Position numbers and translations under genes: made by a program. A DNA stretch of 64,000 nucleotides from Legionellaceae bacterium (GTDB lineage: Bacteria > Pseudomonadota > Gammaproteobacteria > Legionellales > Legionellaceae). The stretch is from assembly GCA_018061965.1 (NCBI GenBank), contig JAGOTG010000001.1, forward strand, positions 16,155-80,154, read 5' to 3'. The notes beneath the pieces are model-generated. The model was not told the DNA's origin, ran no database searches, and saw only the letters and a program-made list of their open reading frames with translations. This document shows positions 1 through 10,646 of this stretch, piece by piece. Every line of letters begins with the position of its first letter. Position 1 is the stretch's first letter.

Positions 1-615
1 TCTGTCCCGCATCAGCGACAGGGCTTGCAGGAGTTGGTGCTGAAGCAAGCGCTGTATTGACGGTTAAAGTCCGAGCTGCGCTGGTTACAACCCGATGAGT
101 TGATGTACCGGTATCGGTAACGATGACTTGATATTGGTCGTTATTATTAGTTGTAGTTAATGTGGCCGTGGTATAGGTAGCAGTTTGACCACCAGAGCCG
201 GTGGTGACATCAGCAAATGAAGTGCCTCCATTGGTACTGACCTGCCATTGATAGGTAAATGAATTACTACCCCCCGTGACGCCTGCGCCGAAAGCTATTG
301 TTTGTCCTGCATCAGCGACAGGGCTTACAGGAGTTGGGGATGAAGCAAGTGCAGTGTGGACGGTTAAAGTAGCAGCAGTACTAGTCGCTGTAGCAGATCC
401 AGCGTCGGTTACTTTGAGTCTGTATTGATCGTTATTGTTACTGGTATTCAGCGTGTTAGTAGTATAGGAAGAGGAGTTTGCACCGGTTATATTTAAAAAT
501 GAGGTGTTGCCGTTCGGCTTCACCTGCCATTGATACGAATACGGAGCAGTCCCATCAGATGCTACTGCAGAGAAAGAAGCTGTTTGTCCGGCATCAGCAA
601 TTACAGCAGATGGAT
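1..615 (-). repeat. Tandem coding repeats (period about 282-300 nt) that encode the Ig-like units of the adhesin
   Basis: Positions 1-70 and 301-370 align without gaps at 61/70 identical bases (tctgtcccgcatcagcgacagggcttgcagg... versus tttgtcctgcatcagcgacagggcttacagg...). A third, more diverged unit starts at 583 (tttgtccggcatcagc). Confidence 0.8.
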
Positions 616-1771
616 TCGTGGTGCTTAGCGCTGCATTTATCGTTCCACTGGTTGTAGCGGTTGCCATGGCCCCATCATCGTCTGTAACTTTGATCCTATA
701 TGAAAAAGGGCCTGAAGCTGTAACCTGTGGTGGGCCAGAAACAGTGCCTGTATCAGGATCGAGACTCGTCCCTGCAGGAAGAAGGCCTGAGTCGAGAGTA
801 TAATGGAATGGCGCAGTCCCGTTGGTGGCTACGTTCGCTTGTGAATAGAGAACATTCACTTCGGTATAGGTGGAGGGGGTGGCATTTAATCCTACTCTGC
901 CGGATATTGTTCCAGTAATCGCTGGTGTTGTTTTACTGCCCCCGTCACTGTCTACTACATTGATGGTATAACTATAAGCGGCTGCGGTGGTAGGGGTGCC
1001 TGAGACTGTGCCAGTTGTAGTATCCAAATTAGTTCCTGCGGGAATCTCACCGGATGCCACACTGTAGGTGTAAGGAGCTGTGCCGCCACTGGCTACGTTG
1101 GTTTGCAGATAGGTGATACCCACCTGATTGTCTGCAGATGCGGTGTGGGTTATGACTAACCGACGGGCTATTGTGCCAGAGGTTAATGCGGTGTCTGTTG
1201 TGCCGAGGGCTCCTGCTACTTGAATGGTATAAGAAAATGCGCCGTGAGTGGTGGGTGTTCCAGAGACAGTCCCATTGGCTTGTAAGGTGGTGCCTGCCGG
1301 GAGCGTTCCGTCGACTACGCTGTAGGTGTATGGCTCAATGCCACCCGTGGCAATATTCTGTTGTGTATAAGTTACATCAACTTCGGTATGTGCAGCGGGG
1401 GTTGCGTGTAATCTAACTCCGACCGTTGTGATCGGTATCTCGGTTGGAGTGTGATTATTCAGTGGCAGTGAACAATAACCGTTAGCAGTAGTGGAGCAAT
1501 ATGCGTTGAGTACTTTAAATGTGCTGGTATCCATTTTGATACCAGAACGTGCGTAGCTTCGGCCGGTAGTGGTCAGTATACTTAAAGTAGTATGTCTTAC
1601 GATATATCTTTGACATGATGCAGGTGCGTCGATGTTAGCGCAAATAGTAATTGTCGCAGGGGCTTCAAGAGCGGCACCGGATTCTTGAATTGCAAACAAT
1701 GAACCAGCTGCAAAAGCACTTTGGCAAAATATCAAAGCTAGCATTACAGTATTTATTACGCGTCTTATCAT
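1..1771 (-). CDS. Secreted repeat-rich surface protein / adhesin. Only the N-terminal 590 aa are visible because the ORF continues past the left window edge.
   Basis: This ORF is absent from the supplied track because it has no stop inside the window. I checked the minus-strand frame by hand: plus-strand triplets in phase with position 2 contain no TTA/CTA/TCA from 2 to 1771. The ATG at 1771-1769 has an in-frame stop at 1777-1775 and an AGGA-type SD upstream. The translation begins MIRRVINTVMLALIFCQSAFA|AGS, a signal peptide, followed by a Cys-containing N-domain. Three ~90-aa units follow, such as YTYSVVDGTLPAGTTLQANGTVSGTPTTHGAFSYTIQV (He_PIG / putative-Ig-like). After these come at least three ~95-100-aa units such as ADAGQTASFSAVASDGTAPYSYQWQV...NNNDQYRLKVTDAGSATATSTAATLTV (Ig-like). 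Confidence 0.8.
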   Translation of the reverse strand, partial: MIRRVINTVMLALIFCQSAFAAGSLFAIQESGAALEAPATITICANIDAPASCQRYIVRHTTLSILTTTGRSYARSGIKMDTSTFKVLNAYCSTTANGYCSLPLNNHTPTEIPITTVGVRLHATPAAHTEVDVTYTQQNIATGGIEPYTYSVVDGTLPAGTTLQANGTVSGTPTTHGAFSYTIQVAGALGTTDTALTSGTIARRLVITHTASADNQVGITYLQTNVASGGTAPYTYSVASGEIPAGTNLDTTTGTVSGTPTTAAAYSYTINVVDSDGGSKTTPAITGTISGRVGLNATPSTYTEVNVLYSQANVATNGTAPFHYTLDSGLLPAGTSLDPDTGTVSGPPQVTASGPFSYRIKVTDDDGAMATATTSGTINAALSTTNPSAVIADAGQTASFSAVASDGTAPYSYQWQVKPNGNTSFLNITGANSSSYTTNTLNTSNNNDQYRLKVTDAGSATATSTAATLTVHTALASSPTPVSPVADAGQTIAFGAGVTGGSNSFTYQWQVSTNGGTSFADVTTGSGGQTATYTTATLTTTNNNDQYQVIVTDTGTSTHRVVTSAARTLTVNTALASAPTPASPVADAGQ

Positions 1772-2171
1772 GATTCATCCTTAAATCGTTTTTGATACGC
1801 TTACGTGAGCGGCTGTTTTATTAAAACTTAATTATGTTTCTTTCACTTTGTTGTTGAGCTTAATTTGGGGGATATAGAGAATTAATTTTTAATTGACTGA
1901 TAAATTTAAATTTGGCCTTGGCCCAACGAAGCACTGTTGTTGGGCCAAGACCCAACCTACTTCTTTTATTAACTAGTCAACTAAAAATTGTAAGACTATA
2001 TATCTTATTGCAGCATCTTACTCTTAGTCTGAGCGCTCTGTAAACAGGGTTCTATGAATGGAGCGTTTTTTTTGCGTGAAGGGTCTCTATGATTGAGCAC
2101 AGTGCCTCTGTCAGGAGATACTTTGCGCAAAAAACGCACTCTGGATAACGTGGCTTGTCGCTACGTTTTTC

Positions 2172-2930
2172 TTATACCGTAAAAGAACACATCACTGCGT
2201 TGGCATAGCCTTCGCCTGTATTCAAAATAGTGTTTATCTGATCATTTAATGCCTTAAATTTACCCTGGCCTAGATAGAAAAAGCGGTAACCACATTCGAG
2301 TGGGGATGCACCAAAGACTTGATTTATTTTTATACCAATGCCTGCTGTTGCACTAAATACAGTGGTAGTTGTGCCTGAAAAAATTTGATCAGGAATGGTG
2401 TTGGCACCAAGAGATTGTTCTGAGAACTTGCTGGTAGTCATAAAATTGGGACCTATGCCGGCATTCATTGTCATATCATATTTGGATGAATGGGTCTTAA
2501 AAGTTGATTGCACTGCGGCATAAAGCGGATAATTGGTCACTTTGTAGCGATATCCCAAATTAGTATATAGATTTTCTTGTGTAACGGTGCCCGATCTACT
2601 GGTTGGGCCAAGATAAAACCAGTTCAGACCAAATGATGGCTTAAACACTGGGTTATCTTTCCCATCAATAAAATAGCCCACTCCGACTAACCCGCTACCA
2701 GGTGTTTTCGGAGTGGGCGCACTAAATTCATCGCCGGCTAGCCCTGTAATATCTATATGTTGCGCATGTCCTTGCGTATTCCAATACCCGCCTAATTGTA
2801 AGACACCATGCCCATGCGTTAGCGCATGCTTGAGATCGTAGGCAAAAGTTTGTGATGCGGAGCTGGTTACTACGGCTAAGAATAATAAATGAAGTCGGTG
2901 TTTTTTTGTCCACGTTTTACATTGCATCAT
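2172..2930 (-). CDS. Outer-membrane beta-barrel protein (OmpA-like / opacity-type small barrel) with a signal peptide
   Basis: The track ORF is 2172..2987. I prefer the ATG at 2930, which gives MMQCKTWTKKHRLHLLFLAVVTSSASQTFA|YD, because an AGGGA SD lies about 7 nt upstream. The sequence is G/Y/F/N/T-rich with alternating strands typical of small OM barrels. I cannot name a specific family. Confidence 0.6.
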   Translation of the reverse strand: MMQCKTWTKKHRLHLLFLAVVTSSASQTFAYDLKHALTHGHGVLQLGGYWNTQGHAQHIDITGLAGDEFSAPTPKTPGSGLVGVGYFIDGKDNPVFKPSFGLNWFYLGPTSRSGTVTQENLYTNLGYRYKVTNYPLYAAVQSTFKTHSSKYDMTMNAGIGPNFMTTSKFSEQSLGANTIPDQIFSGTTTTVFSATAGIGIKINQVFGASPLECGYRFFYLGQGKFKALNDQINTILNTGEGYANAVMCSFTV

Positions 2931-3258
2931 TTCAATCCCTGTTTTTGCACATCTCTTGAGGCTAACAAATCCATTTGAATGGTGCAATTAAAAATTGATT
3001 TTTTGCTGAGCTATCTTATCCCGCTCGCGCTTACAGACGAGCAGGTTAAAAAATTAGTTGATTTAGGCAAACTTTGCGAGGTAAACACAAATGGCTAATA
3101 TACAAGATACTGTTAATGATTTAGCGGTAGAACTCGATGCTTCTATACTAACCTACGTGGATTCCTGCTTCAGAATTAGATTTAACAGTTAGGTTATATC
3201 CTCGAAGTTGATACCTACTTTTACAATCTGATCGGATCAATTTAGAAAACTGTCAAGC

Positions 3259-3558
3259 TCATTTTGCGGGCAGTACTTCGTTCAAATTTTTCTTAAATGT
3301 CAACCCGGCTTTAAATGTGACCACTCTACGGGCTGATATGGTCGCATCGATACCGGTTTTGGGATTACGTCCTGGTCGCTCTGATTTATCGCGTAATCTA
3401 AAATTGCCAAACCCGGATAGTTTTACATGCTGTCCAGAAGAGAGAATCGTTTTAATTTCTTCAAAAAACTCTTCTACCAGAGATTTAGAATCTAATTTAG
3501 ATAATCCTAATGCATTGCTCAATGCTTCGGCCATTAATAGTTTACTGAGTGCGCCCAC
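3259..3558 (-). CDS. ihfA: Integration host factor alpha subunit
   Basis: This 99-aa protein contains the HU/IHF signature [23 protein letters not shown]...RRVVTFKAG. It sits in the conserved position directly downstream of pheT. Confidence 0.9.
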   Translation of the reverse strand: MGALSKLLMAEALSNALGLSKLDSKSLVEEFFEEIKTILSSGQHVKLSGFGNFRLRDKSERPGRNPKTGIDATISARRVVTFKAGLTFKKNLNEVLPAK

Positions 3559-3583
3559 GATCTATTCCTTGTTCCTTGTTGAG

Positions 3584-5980
3584 TTACGCCATATCTGGTG
3601 ATGTGCGCAATACGGCATTCAGTTTCTGCTGCAAAGCGGTCACCACGGCCGCTATCATAGCATGAATTTCATCATCAACTAATGTGCGTTCATTACTTTG
3701 GAGTAACAAACCTAACGCCAAACTTTTTTTATGTTCATCTGCCAATCCACCGCCGGTATAGACGTCAAAAATGTAAAAATCTTTTAAAATATTCGGATCA
3801 AGGATAGCACGAACCACGTCTTCGATGGCTTGGGCGCTGATATGAGCATCCAATAAAAGTGACAAATCGCGTCTGATCTGGGGATATTTGGAAATAGATT
3901 GATAGGTAATCGAAGGATGCTGGGGCAAAGAGTCGAGCATGAGTTCAAATACGATGACTTCTGCGTCTAGGTCCAATGTATCCAATAAGCGTGGGTGCAA
4001 AGCGCCGATCCAACCGATGGGTTGCTCGCCACACATAATTTTTGCGGTTTTTCCGGGATGTAAAGCAGCATGCTGATCGGGCACGAAGTGAATATCAGCT
4101 TGCTTCATGGTTCCAAACAGTGCTTGAAGATCGCCTTTCATATCATAGAAATCGTATTGGGCATCGGGTTCAGACCAATTGTATTGTCCATGTGTCCCAA
4201 CTATTAGGCCCGCACAAGCTGGTTTCTCTTCAACGCAGTCTCCGGTCAGTAAAAATACTTTTCCGGTTTCGCATAATTTTAATGCCGCATGCTGGCGGTG
4301 AATATTATGCATCATCGCAGCCAGCAGGCCTGGCCATAATCCGACTCGCATAGCTGAAAGCTCGGTTGAAATGGGGTTTAGCAGCGCTTTGGCAGGCAGG
4401 TCGGGATACACCACTTGTTGGAACTGAGGATCTACAAAACTGTAAGAAATAGTTTCTTGATAGCCGCGTTGCGCCAAAAATTGCATGATGGATGAACTCA
4501 TTTGCTCAAGAGGATCAATGGTTCCGGCCTGGAGCGTCGATATGATGGCGTGGGTAGGGATTTTGTCATAACCATTGATGCGAATAATTTCTTCGACTAA
4601 ATCTGCTTCAATACTTAGATCAAAGCGATAGGTGGGTATGGTCACGTCCCAGAGTTCTTCTTGCACTACAATCGTCATGCCCAAATGCTGTAATATACTT
4701 TGCATACGTTCTTTGGCTACGGTCACGCCGGATAAACGGAGGACTGAGCTTGGGCGGAAAGAAATGCGAATCGGTTGCTCCGAAAAATGCTCCGCTGATT
4801 GTTGAACAATAGGCCCTGCTTGACCACCTACGATCTCGATTAATAGTGCGGTAGCAATTTCTAAAGCAGCCAATCCCAAATTGGGATCTACGCCGCGTTC
4901 AAAACGATGCGAAGCATCGGTCGATAAACCAAAACTCCGTGCCACGCCTGCGATGGCTTTGGGTTCAAAAAAGGCTGCTTCTAACCAAATATCGGTGGTC
5001 TCTGTTTGCACGCCGCTATGCTCGCCGCCCATAATACCGGCCAAAGCCAAAGCTTTGTGGTCATCGGCAATTACCACCGTACGCTCGTTCAATACAATGT
5101 CTCGTCCACCTAATAATTGTAACGATTCTTCAGCTTGTGCTTTGCGAACCTGTATAGCCCCTGAAATTTGACGTAGATCAAACGCATGCATAGGTTGCCC
5201 TACTTTGAGCATGACATAATTCAAAATATCTACGACAGGGTGGATGGGACGAATATCTGCGCGTCTTAAGCGCTCAGTCATATACAATGGCGTGGTTGCA
5301 TGCGAGGAAATCCCCGTGAGGATGCGCCCTGCATAACGCGGACAAGCCTGCGGACAATTCAAATGAACAGCAAGCGTGTTATCCGTGTTGACTGAATTTT
5401 TCGGAATGTCTAAGGTCTTTAATGACAAATCATTTAACGCGGCAAGATCGCGCGCGACGCCCAAAACACTCAAGCAATCCGCACGATTAGGCGTGAGATC
5501 AAGATCAAAAATATGATCGTCTAAAGTTAAATAATTACGTAGATCTTGTCCGAGGGGGGCATCGTTGGCAAGCTCTAAAATGCCTTCAGATTGGGGCGTC
5601 AAACCTAATTCTTCTGCTGAGCACAGCATGCCTTGAGAGAGTTCTCCGCGTAATTTTGTTTCTTTGATGATCAAGCCATTGGGTAAATGAGCGCCAATTT
5701 TAGCCAAAGCGACCATCAAACCTGGGCGGACATTAGAGGCACCGCAGACGACTGCTAACGGTACGTCATCTCCGGCATCGATTTCACAAAGTGTCAGACG
5801 ATCGGCTTGAGGATGCGGTTTGGTCTGTACGACTTTGGCGACAACCACCTGATCAAATGTACCCGCCGCAGGTGCGAGCGATTCGACTTCCAAGCCGGCC
5901 ATGGTGAGTTGATTTGCCAAGTCTTGCGTTGATAAAGGAGGGTTTATCCACTCGCGTAGCCATGCTTCACTGATCTTCAT
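3584..5980 (-). CDS. pheT: Phenylalanine--tRNA ligase beta subunit
   Basis: This 798-aa protein starts MKISEAWLREWINPPL, which resembles the E. coli PheT N-terminus. It follows pheS. Confidence 0.97.
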   Translation of the reverse strand: MKISEAWLREWINPPLSTQDLANQLTMAGLEVESLAPAAGTFDQVVVAKVVQTKPHPQADRLTLCEIDAGDDVPLAVVCGASNVRPGLMVALAKIGAHLPNGLIIKETKLRGELSQGMLCSAEELGLTPQSEGILELANDAPLGQDLRNYLTLDDHIFDLDLTPNRADCLSVLGVARDLAALNDLSLKTLDIPKNSVNTDNTLAVHLNCPQACPRYAGRILTGISSHATTPLYMTERLRRADIRPIHPVVDILNYVMLKVGQPMHAFDLRQISGAIQVRKAQAEESLQLLGGRDIVLNERTVVIADDHKALALAGIMGGEHSGVQTETTDIWLEAAFFEPKAIAGVARSFGLSTDASHRFERGVDPNLGLAALEIATALLIEIVGGQAGPIVQQSAEHFSEQPIRISFRPSSVLRLSGVTVAKERMQSILQHLGMTIVVQEELWDVTIPTYRFDLSIEADLVEEIIRINGYDKIPTHAIISTLQAGTIDPLEQMSSSIMQFLAQRGYQETISYSFVDPQFQQVVYPDLPAKALLNPISTELSAMRVGLWPGLLAAMMHNIHRQHAALKLCETGKVFLLTGDCVEEKPACAGLIVGTHGQYNWSEPDAQYDFYDMKGDLQALFGTMKQADIHFVPDQHAALHPGKTAKIMCGEQPIGWIGALHPRLLDTLDLDAEVIVFELMLDSLPQHPSITYQSISKYPQIRRDLSLLLDAHISAQAIEDVVRAILDPNILKDFYIFDVYTGGGLADEHKKSLALGLLLQSNERTLVDDEIHAMIAAVVTALQQKLNAVLRTSPDMA

Positions 5981-5992
5981 TGTCCACAGACC

Positions 5993-7009
5993 TTAAAATT
6001 GATTCAAAAAGGTTACATCATTTTCAAACATCAAACGCAGATCGTCGATGGTATAATACAGCATGGTAATTCTATCTATGCCCATGCCAAAAGCCCAACC
6101 CTGATAGGTTTCGGGAGAAATATTAACTGCTTGTAATACATTAGGATGCACCATGCCACAGCCACCCACTTCAATCCAGCCTGAAAATTTACAGGTTCTA
6201 CATCCACTGCCAGAACATTGTGTGCATTCAATATCCATTTCCGCCGAAGGTTCTGTAAAGGGGAAATAGGAGGGTCTGAAGCGCACGCGTAATTCGCGAC
6301 CGAACAATTCGGAAAAAAATTGGTGCAAGACCCCTTTCAAATCAGCCAAACTGGCGTGCGTATCAATTAATAAGCCTTCCACTTGGTGAAACATCGGTGT
6401 ATGGGTCAAATCAGATTCATAGCGGTACACGCGACCCGGTGCAATCAAGCGTAAAGGCGGTTTGCGTTGTTCCATCGTACGAATTTGGACTGAAGAGGTA
6501 TGGGTCCGTAATAAGGCGCCATCTCCAAAATAAAACGTATCATGCATCGCTCTTGCTGGATGATGATCGGGGATATTCAGGGCGGTAAAATTATAAAAAT
6601 CGGTTTCGATTTCTGGACCATCAACAATATCAAAGCCTAAGCGGCTAAAATATTCGTTGATACGGTGTTTGATTTGCGCAACGGGGTGTCTTGAGCCCAG
6701 CTCACAGGCACGTCCGTTTAATGTGACGTCAATTTTTTCTGCTTGGAGTTTCGTTTGTAAGATCTGATCTTTCAAGGTTGTTAATTTAGCTTCGATGCGA
6801 TCATTGATATCGCGTTTTACTTGATTGACCACTTGACCAATCAAAGGTTTTTCAGCTGCAGACAAATTGACAACTTGTTTCAATAATTCTGTGAGACGGC
6901 CTTTTTTTCCAAGGAAATCGACACGAATGGCCTGCAAGGCAGTCAAATCGTTGACTGCCTCGATGGCTGTAAAAGCACTTGCTTGTAATTGCTCGATTTC
7001 TTGTTTCAC
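5993..7009 (-). CDS. pheS: Phenylalanine--tRNA ligase alpha subunit
   Basis: This 338-aa protein has class II aaRS motifs ([32 protein letters not shown]). Confidence 0.97.
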   Translation of the reverse strand: MKQEIEQLQASAFTAIEAVNDLTALQAIRVDFLGKKGRLTELLKQVVNLSAAEKPLIGQVVNQVKRDINDRIEAKLTTLKDQILQTKLQAEKIDVTLNGRACELGSRHPVAQIKHRINEYFSRLGFDIVDGPEIETDFYNFTALNIPDHHPARAMHDTFYFGDGALLRTHTSSVQIRTMEQRKPPLRLIAPGRVYRYESDLTHTPMFHQVEGLLIDTHASLADLKGVLHQFFSELFGRELRVRFRPSYFPFTEPSAEMDIECTQCSGSGCRTCKFSGWIEVGGCGMVHPNVLQAVNISPETYQGWAFGMGIDRITMLYYTIDDLRLMFENDVTFLNQF

Positions 7010-7015
7010 AACAGA

Positions 7016-7375
7016 TCAAGCCGCTAAAGCTGCTTTCGCTTGTTCGGCAACCGCTGCAAAGGCTATTTTATCGTGAACAGCCATGTCAGCCATTACTTTT
7101 CTGTCCAATTCAATACCGGCTATTTTCAGGCCATTGATCAATTGGCTATAAGTAATACCACACTCACGTGCTTGAGCATTGATTCGCACAATCCAAAGCG
7201 CTCTGAATTGGCGTTTTTTCTGACGGCGATCTCGATAAGCGTATTGACCTGCTTTGATAACCGCCTGCTTGGCCATACGGTAGGTACGCGACCGGGCACC
7301 GTAATAACCTTTGGCTTGCTTTAAGACTTTTTTATGACGGGCTTTTGCCGTCACACCACGTTTAACTCTTGGCAT
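7016..7375 (-). CDS. rplT: 50S ribosomal protein L20
   Basis: This 119-aa protein starts [30 protein letters not shown]. Confidence 0.97.
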   Translation of the reverse strand: MPRVKRGVTAKARHKKVLKQAKGYYGARSRTYRMAKQAVIKAGQYAYRDRRQKKRQFRALWIVRINAQARECGITYSQLINGLKIAGIELDRKVMADMAVHDKIAFAAVAEQAKAALAA

Positions 7376-7387
7376 AATTCACTCTCC

Positions 7388-7588
7388 TTAACTACCCTGC
7401 AACATACGCTTAGCTAAGCGTGCATCACAAGATTTTAATGTACCAGCATTCACACGAAGGTGTCGTTTTCGTTTGGTCGATTTTTTAGTTAGGATGTGAT
7501 TTAGATTGGCGCCTTTGCGCTTAATCCTACCATTTGCTGTTTTACGGAAGCGCTTCGCAGCACCTCTGTGAGTTTTCAATTTAGGCAT
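7388..7588 (-). CDS. rpmI: 50S ribosomal protein L35
   Basis: The track ORF extends to 7606. The canonical L35 start [14 protein letters not shown] corresponds to the ATG at 7588-7586. Confidence 0.9.
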   Translation of the reverse strand: MPKLKTHRGAAKRFRKTANGRIKRKGANLNHILTKKSTKRKRHLRVNAGTLKSCDARLAKRMLQGS

Positions 7589-7666
7589 AACAATGTAACT
7601 CCGCATTTGTAAATAGTTATATAGGGGAGAGAACTAAGTCCCTCTCCTCTAACAACCCCTTATCGC

Positions 7667-8206
7667 TTAGGGTTGTTTCTTTTTGGGCGATAATACCATC
7701 AAAAGTTGTCGTCCTTCGCGCTTTGGATGCTGCTCGACGACTGCAAATTCTGCAGTATCTTGCTGCAAGCGTTCCAGAATTTTCATACCCAATTCTTGAT
7801 GCGCCACTTCACGACCACGAAAACGTAGTGTGACTTTGACTTTATCGCCATGTTTCAGGAATCGTAGCAGGTTGCGTAGCTTGACCTGATAATCCCCATC
7901 TTCCGTCGTAGGACGGAATTTTAATTCTTTGACTTGAATTTGCTTTTGCTTTTTACGAGCTTCAGCTTGCTTCTTACTCACTTCAAAGAGAAATTTGCCA
8001 TAATCCATGATACGGCACACTGGTGGCTTGGCGGTTGGCGATATTTCCACCAAATCACAGCCGCTTTCCTCGGCAGCACGCAGTGCTTCACGGGTAGATA
8101 CTATTCCGGCTTGATTGCCGTCTACATCAATTAAACGCACCTCAGGCACAGTAATTTGTTCATTAATTCGTGCGCGATCACTATCACGCTTAGCTGATGC
8201 ACTAAT
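7667..8206 (-). CDS. infC: Translation initiation factor IF-3, with a probable ATT start
   Basis: The track starts at the GTG at 8149 (MPEVRLID...). The frame stays open upstream as [25 protein letters not shown], which matches the IF-3 N-terminus (E. coli ...RINGEIRAQEVRL). The only initiator-like codon after the in-frame TGA is the ATT at 8206-8204. ATT is the conserved unusual start of infC. Confidence 0.75.
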   Translation of the reverse strand: MSASAKRDSDRARINEQITVPEVRLIDVDGNQAGIVSTREALRAAEESGCDLVEISPTAKPPVCRIMDYGKFLFEVSKKQAEARKKQKQIQVKELKFRPTTEDGDYQVKLRNLLRFLKHGDKVKVTLRFRGREVAHQELGMKILERLQQDTAEFAVVEQHPKREGRQLLMVLSPKKKQP

Positions 8207-10139
8207 AGCTCAACCCTCCGTTTATATTTATCGATTTCGATAAAATTTCCTGACGCATCCTATCACAAACTGATTCGATAGTCACCATTCCTAAATCAAC
8301 ACCCGCTCGAGTGCGCCAGGTAGCTTGATTTTGGTCAACTTCTTTGTCACCAATAATCAGCATATAAGGCACTTTTAAGAGCGTATGCTCTCGAATTTTA
8401 AATCCTATTTTTTCATTTCTCAAGTCAATGCCCGCACGAATGCCTGCATTTTGGAGTGCTTTTTGGACTTTTGTGGCATGTTCATTATGCTTTTCACTGA
8501 TAGTGAGGACGACCACTTGAGTGGGTGCTAACCATAGCGGAAAATGTCCAGCGAAATGCTCAATGAGAATGCCAATAAAGCGTTCGAAACTGCCCAAAAT
8601 TGCGCGATGAATCATGACGGGATGCTGTTTGCTACCATCTTCTGCGACGTATAATGCACCTAGTCGATTCGGGGTAGAAAAATCAATTTGAATGGTACCA
8701 CATTGCCAAATTCTACCTAAACAATCTGCTAACGAACATTCTATTTTAGGACCGTAAAAGGCGCCTTCGCCTGGCGCATCAATCCAAGTAATTTGTTTGG
8801 CATCCATTGCATTTTGCAATGCCAGTTCCGCATTATCCCAGATTTCATCCGAACCCACACGTGATTCTGGACGGCGAGCCAAACGATAAGTGATGGTATC
8901 AAACCCAAAATCCGCATAGATGGATTGCACCAAATCTAAAATTTGGCGTACTTCGGTTTGAATTTGTTCTTTGGTACAGAAAATATGTGCATCATCTTGA
9001 GTAAATCCGCGTACCCGCATGAGACCATGAAGAGCTCCGGACGGTTCACTGCGATGACAAGACCCAAACTCTGCCATACGCAAGGGAAGATCCCGATAGC
9101 TTTTCATGCCTTGATTAAAAATTTGCACATGACAAGGGCAATTCATCGGCTTGACCGCGTATTGACGATTTTCGGTTTCCGTAATAAACATCTGTTCGCG
9201 GAAATTTTCCCAATGGCCTGATTTTTCCCAAAGAATTTTATCGACTAATTGCGGTGTTTTTACTTCTTGATAATCGGCAACCGCTAGTTTTTCACGTATG
9301 TATTGTTCGATTTGCTGGTAAATTATCCAGCCATTGGGGTGCCAAAAGACCATGCCTGGGGCTAGATCTTGGAAATGAAATAACGCCAATGCTTTGCCCA
9401 ATTTGCGATGATCCCGCTTTTCTGCCTCTTCTATGCGGTGCAAATAAGCCGCTAAATCGGCTTTATCATGCCAAGCAGTGCCGTAAATACGTTGCAGCAT
9501 CTCATTTTTTGCATCACCGCGCCAATAAGCGCCGGCCAGCTTGGTTAGTTTGAATGCTTTTAATTTTCCAGTTGAGGGTACATGCGGGCCCCGGCAGAGA
9601 TCTTCGAACTCACCCTGTCGATACAAAGACAACACTTCAGTATCGGGTAAATCTCGAATGATTTGTCCTTTGTAAGATTCACCCAGCCCGGTAAAATAAG
9701 CAATCGCATCATTGCGTGATAATTCACGCCGTGTGATAGGGGTATTGGCTCGCGCCAATTCCGTCATTTTTTCTTCTATTGTGATCAAATCTTCGGGTGT
9801 AAAAGGACGTTCAAATGCAAAATCATAATAAAAGCCATCTTCAATTACTGGGCCTATCGTTACTTGCGCTTGAGGAAAGAGTAATTTGACCGCTTGGGCT
9901 AACAAATGGGCGGTAGAATGTCGAATTACCTCTAAACTTTCTTCCTGATCTTTCGCCGTGATGATGACCAAATCACAATCGTGGGTCAAGGTATGACTGA
10001 GATCAACCAAACGCCCATCAACTTTGGCTGCCAATGCCGATTTCGCTAAACTAGGGCTAATCGCTTGCGCGACATCAAAGGCAGTGACTGCATTCTCAAA
10101 TTTTTTTTCTTGGCCGTTAGGGAGTCTGATGTTTGGCAT
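8202..10139 (-). CDS. thrS: Threonine--tRNA ligase
   Basis: This 645-aa protein starts [14 protein letters not shown], comparable to E. coli MPVITLPDGS. Class II motifs are present. Confidence 0.97.
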   Translation of the reverse strand: MPNIRLPNGQEKKFENAVTAFDVAQAISPSLAKSALAAKVDGRLVDLSHTLTHDCDLVIITAKDQEESLEVIRHSTAHLLAQAVKLLFPQAQVTIGPVIEDGFYYDFAFERPFTPEDLITIEEKMTELARANTPITRRELSRNDAIAYFTGLGESYKGQIIRDLPDTEVLSLYRQGEFEDLCRGPHVPSTGKLKAFKLTKLAGAYWRGDAKNEMLQRIYGTAWHDKADLAAYLHRIEEAEKRDHRKLGKALALFHFQDLAPGMVFWHPNGWIIYQQIEQYIREKLAVADYQEVKTPQLVDKILWEKSGHWENFREQMFITETENRQYAVKPMNCPCHVQIFNQGMKSYRDLPLRMAEFGSCHRSEPSGALHGLMRVRGFTQDDAHIFCTKEQIQTEVRQILDLVQSIYADFGFDTITYRLARRPESRVGSDEIWDNAELALQNAMDAKQITWIDAPGEGAFYGPKIECSLADCLGRIWQCGTIQIDFSTPNRLGALYVAEDGSKQHPVMIHRAILGSFERFIGILIEHFAGHFPLWLAPTQVVVLTISEKHNEHATKVQKALQNAGIRAGIDLRNEKIGFKIREHTLLKVPYMLIIGDKEVDQNQATWRTRAGVDLGMVTIESVCDRMRQEILSKSININGGLSY

Positions 10140-10162
10140 GATTGTGATGTCTTACATGAATT

Positions 10163-10237
10163 TGGTAGGCACGAGTGGGATCGAACCACCGACCACCACC
10201 ATGTCAAGGTGGTGCTCTACCACTGAGCTACGTGCCT
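10163..10237 (-). tRNA. tRNA-Val (anticodon GAC)
   Basis: The reverse complement folds by hand into a cloverleaf: AGGCACG TA GCTC AGTGGTA GAGC A CCACC TTGACAT GGTGG TGGTC GGTGG TTCGATC CCACT CGTGCCT A CCA. It has a 7-bp acceptor stem, a TTCGATC T-loop, the anticodon loop TT-GAC-AT and an encoded CCA. Confidence 0.93.
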
Positions 10238-10646
10238 ATGAGCGAAAGGCGGGAAGTATAGTATGGTTTGGATCTTAACGTCAATGGATTTGTAGGAATA
10301 GCAGAGCAAACGCATCTTGTGCCTGATATTTGAACAGTTAATCCGACTTAAATAGGGGCGTAATTTAGAAAGGCTGGTATCATCAGGGAGATTGATTCCA
10401 GCCCGTGGCGAGGTTTACAGCTATGGTTACCACTGCTTCCTTGTGATTTGCGGAGCACTCCAAACTCAACAAATCATTCCTTGTTGGACTAACTTGAAAA
10501 CCAAGATGCCTTGGTTTTCAGAAATAGAGTTTAACGGCAAGACAAATAATGTCAATTGTTTATTTCCAATCGAAACGAAGAGTTTCCTTGTTGCGCTAAA
10601 TGAAATCATTGATTACACTCTGAATCTCATTTGTGAGATGTTTATC

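Noticed and set aside
618-1416. Three short plus-strand ORFs (61-81 aa) listed by the track in the first 1.5 kb
   Set aside because: They lie antisense to the long, repeat-structured, signal-peptide-bearing minus-strand frame, which explains the region much better.
3091-3192. 33-codon plus-strand mini-ORF (MANIQDTVNDLAVELDASILTYVDSCFRIRFNS) with a GAGG SD in the ihfA-OMP spacer
   Set aside because: It is too short to support without conservation or expression data. It lies opposite to the flanking minus-strand transcription.
7010-7015. pheM-type leader/attenuator upstream of pheS, as in E. coli
   Set aside because: The rplT-pheS gap is only 6 nt, so no leader peptide or attenuator can be present.
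10392-10646. 85-codon N-terminal extension of the XRE regulator ORF from a TTG start
   Set aside because: The extension has no SD and is Cys/Phe-rich. It would also place the HTH domain atypically far from the N-terminus, so the internal ATG at 10647 (or 10638) is preferred. The longer form is not excluded.
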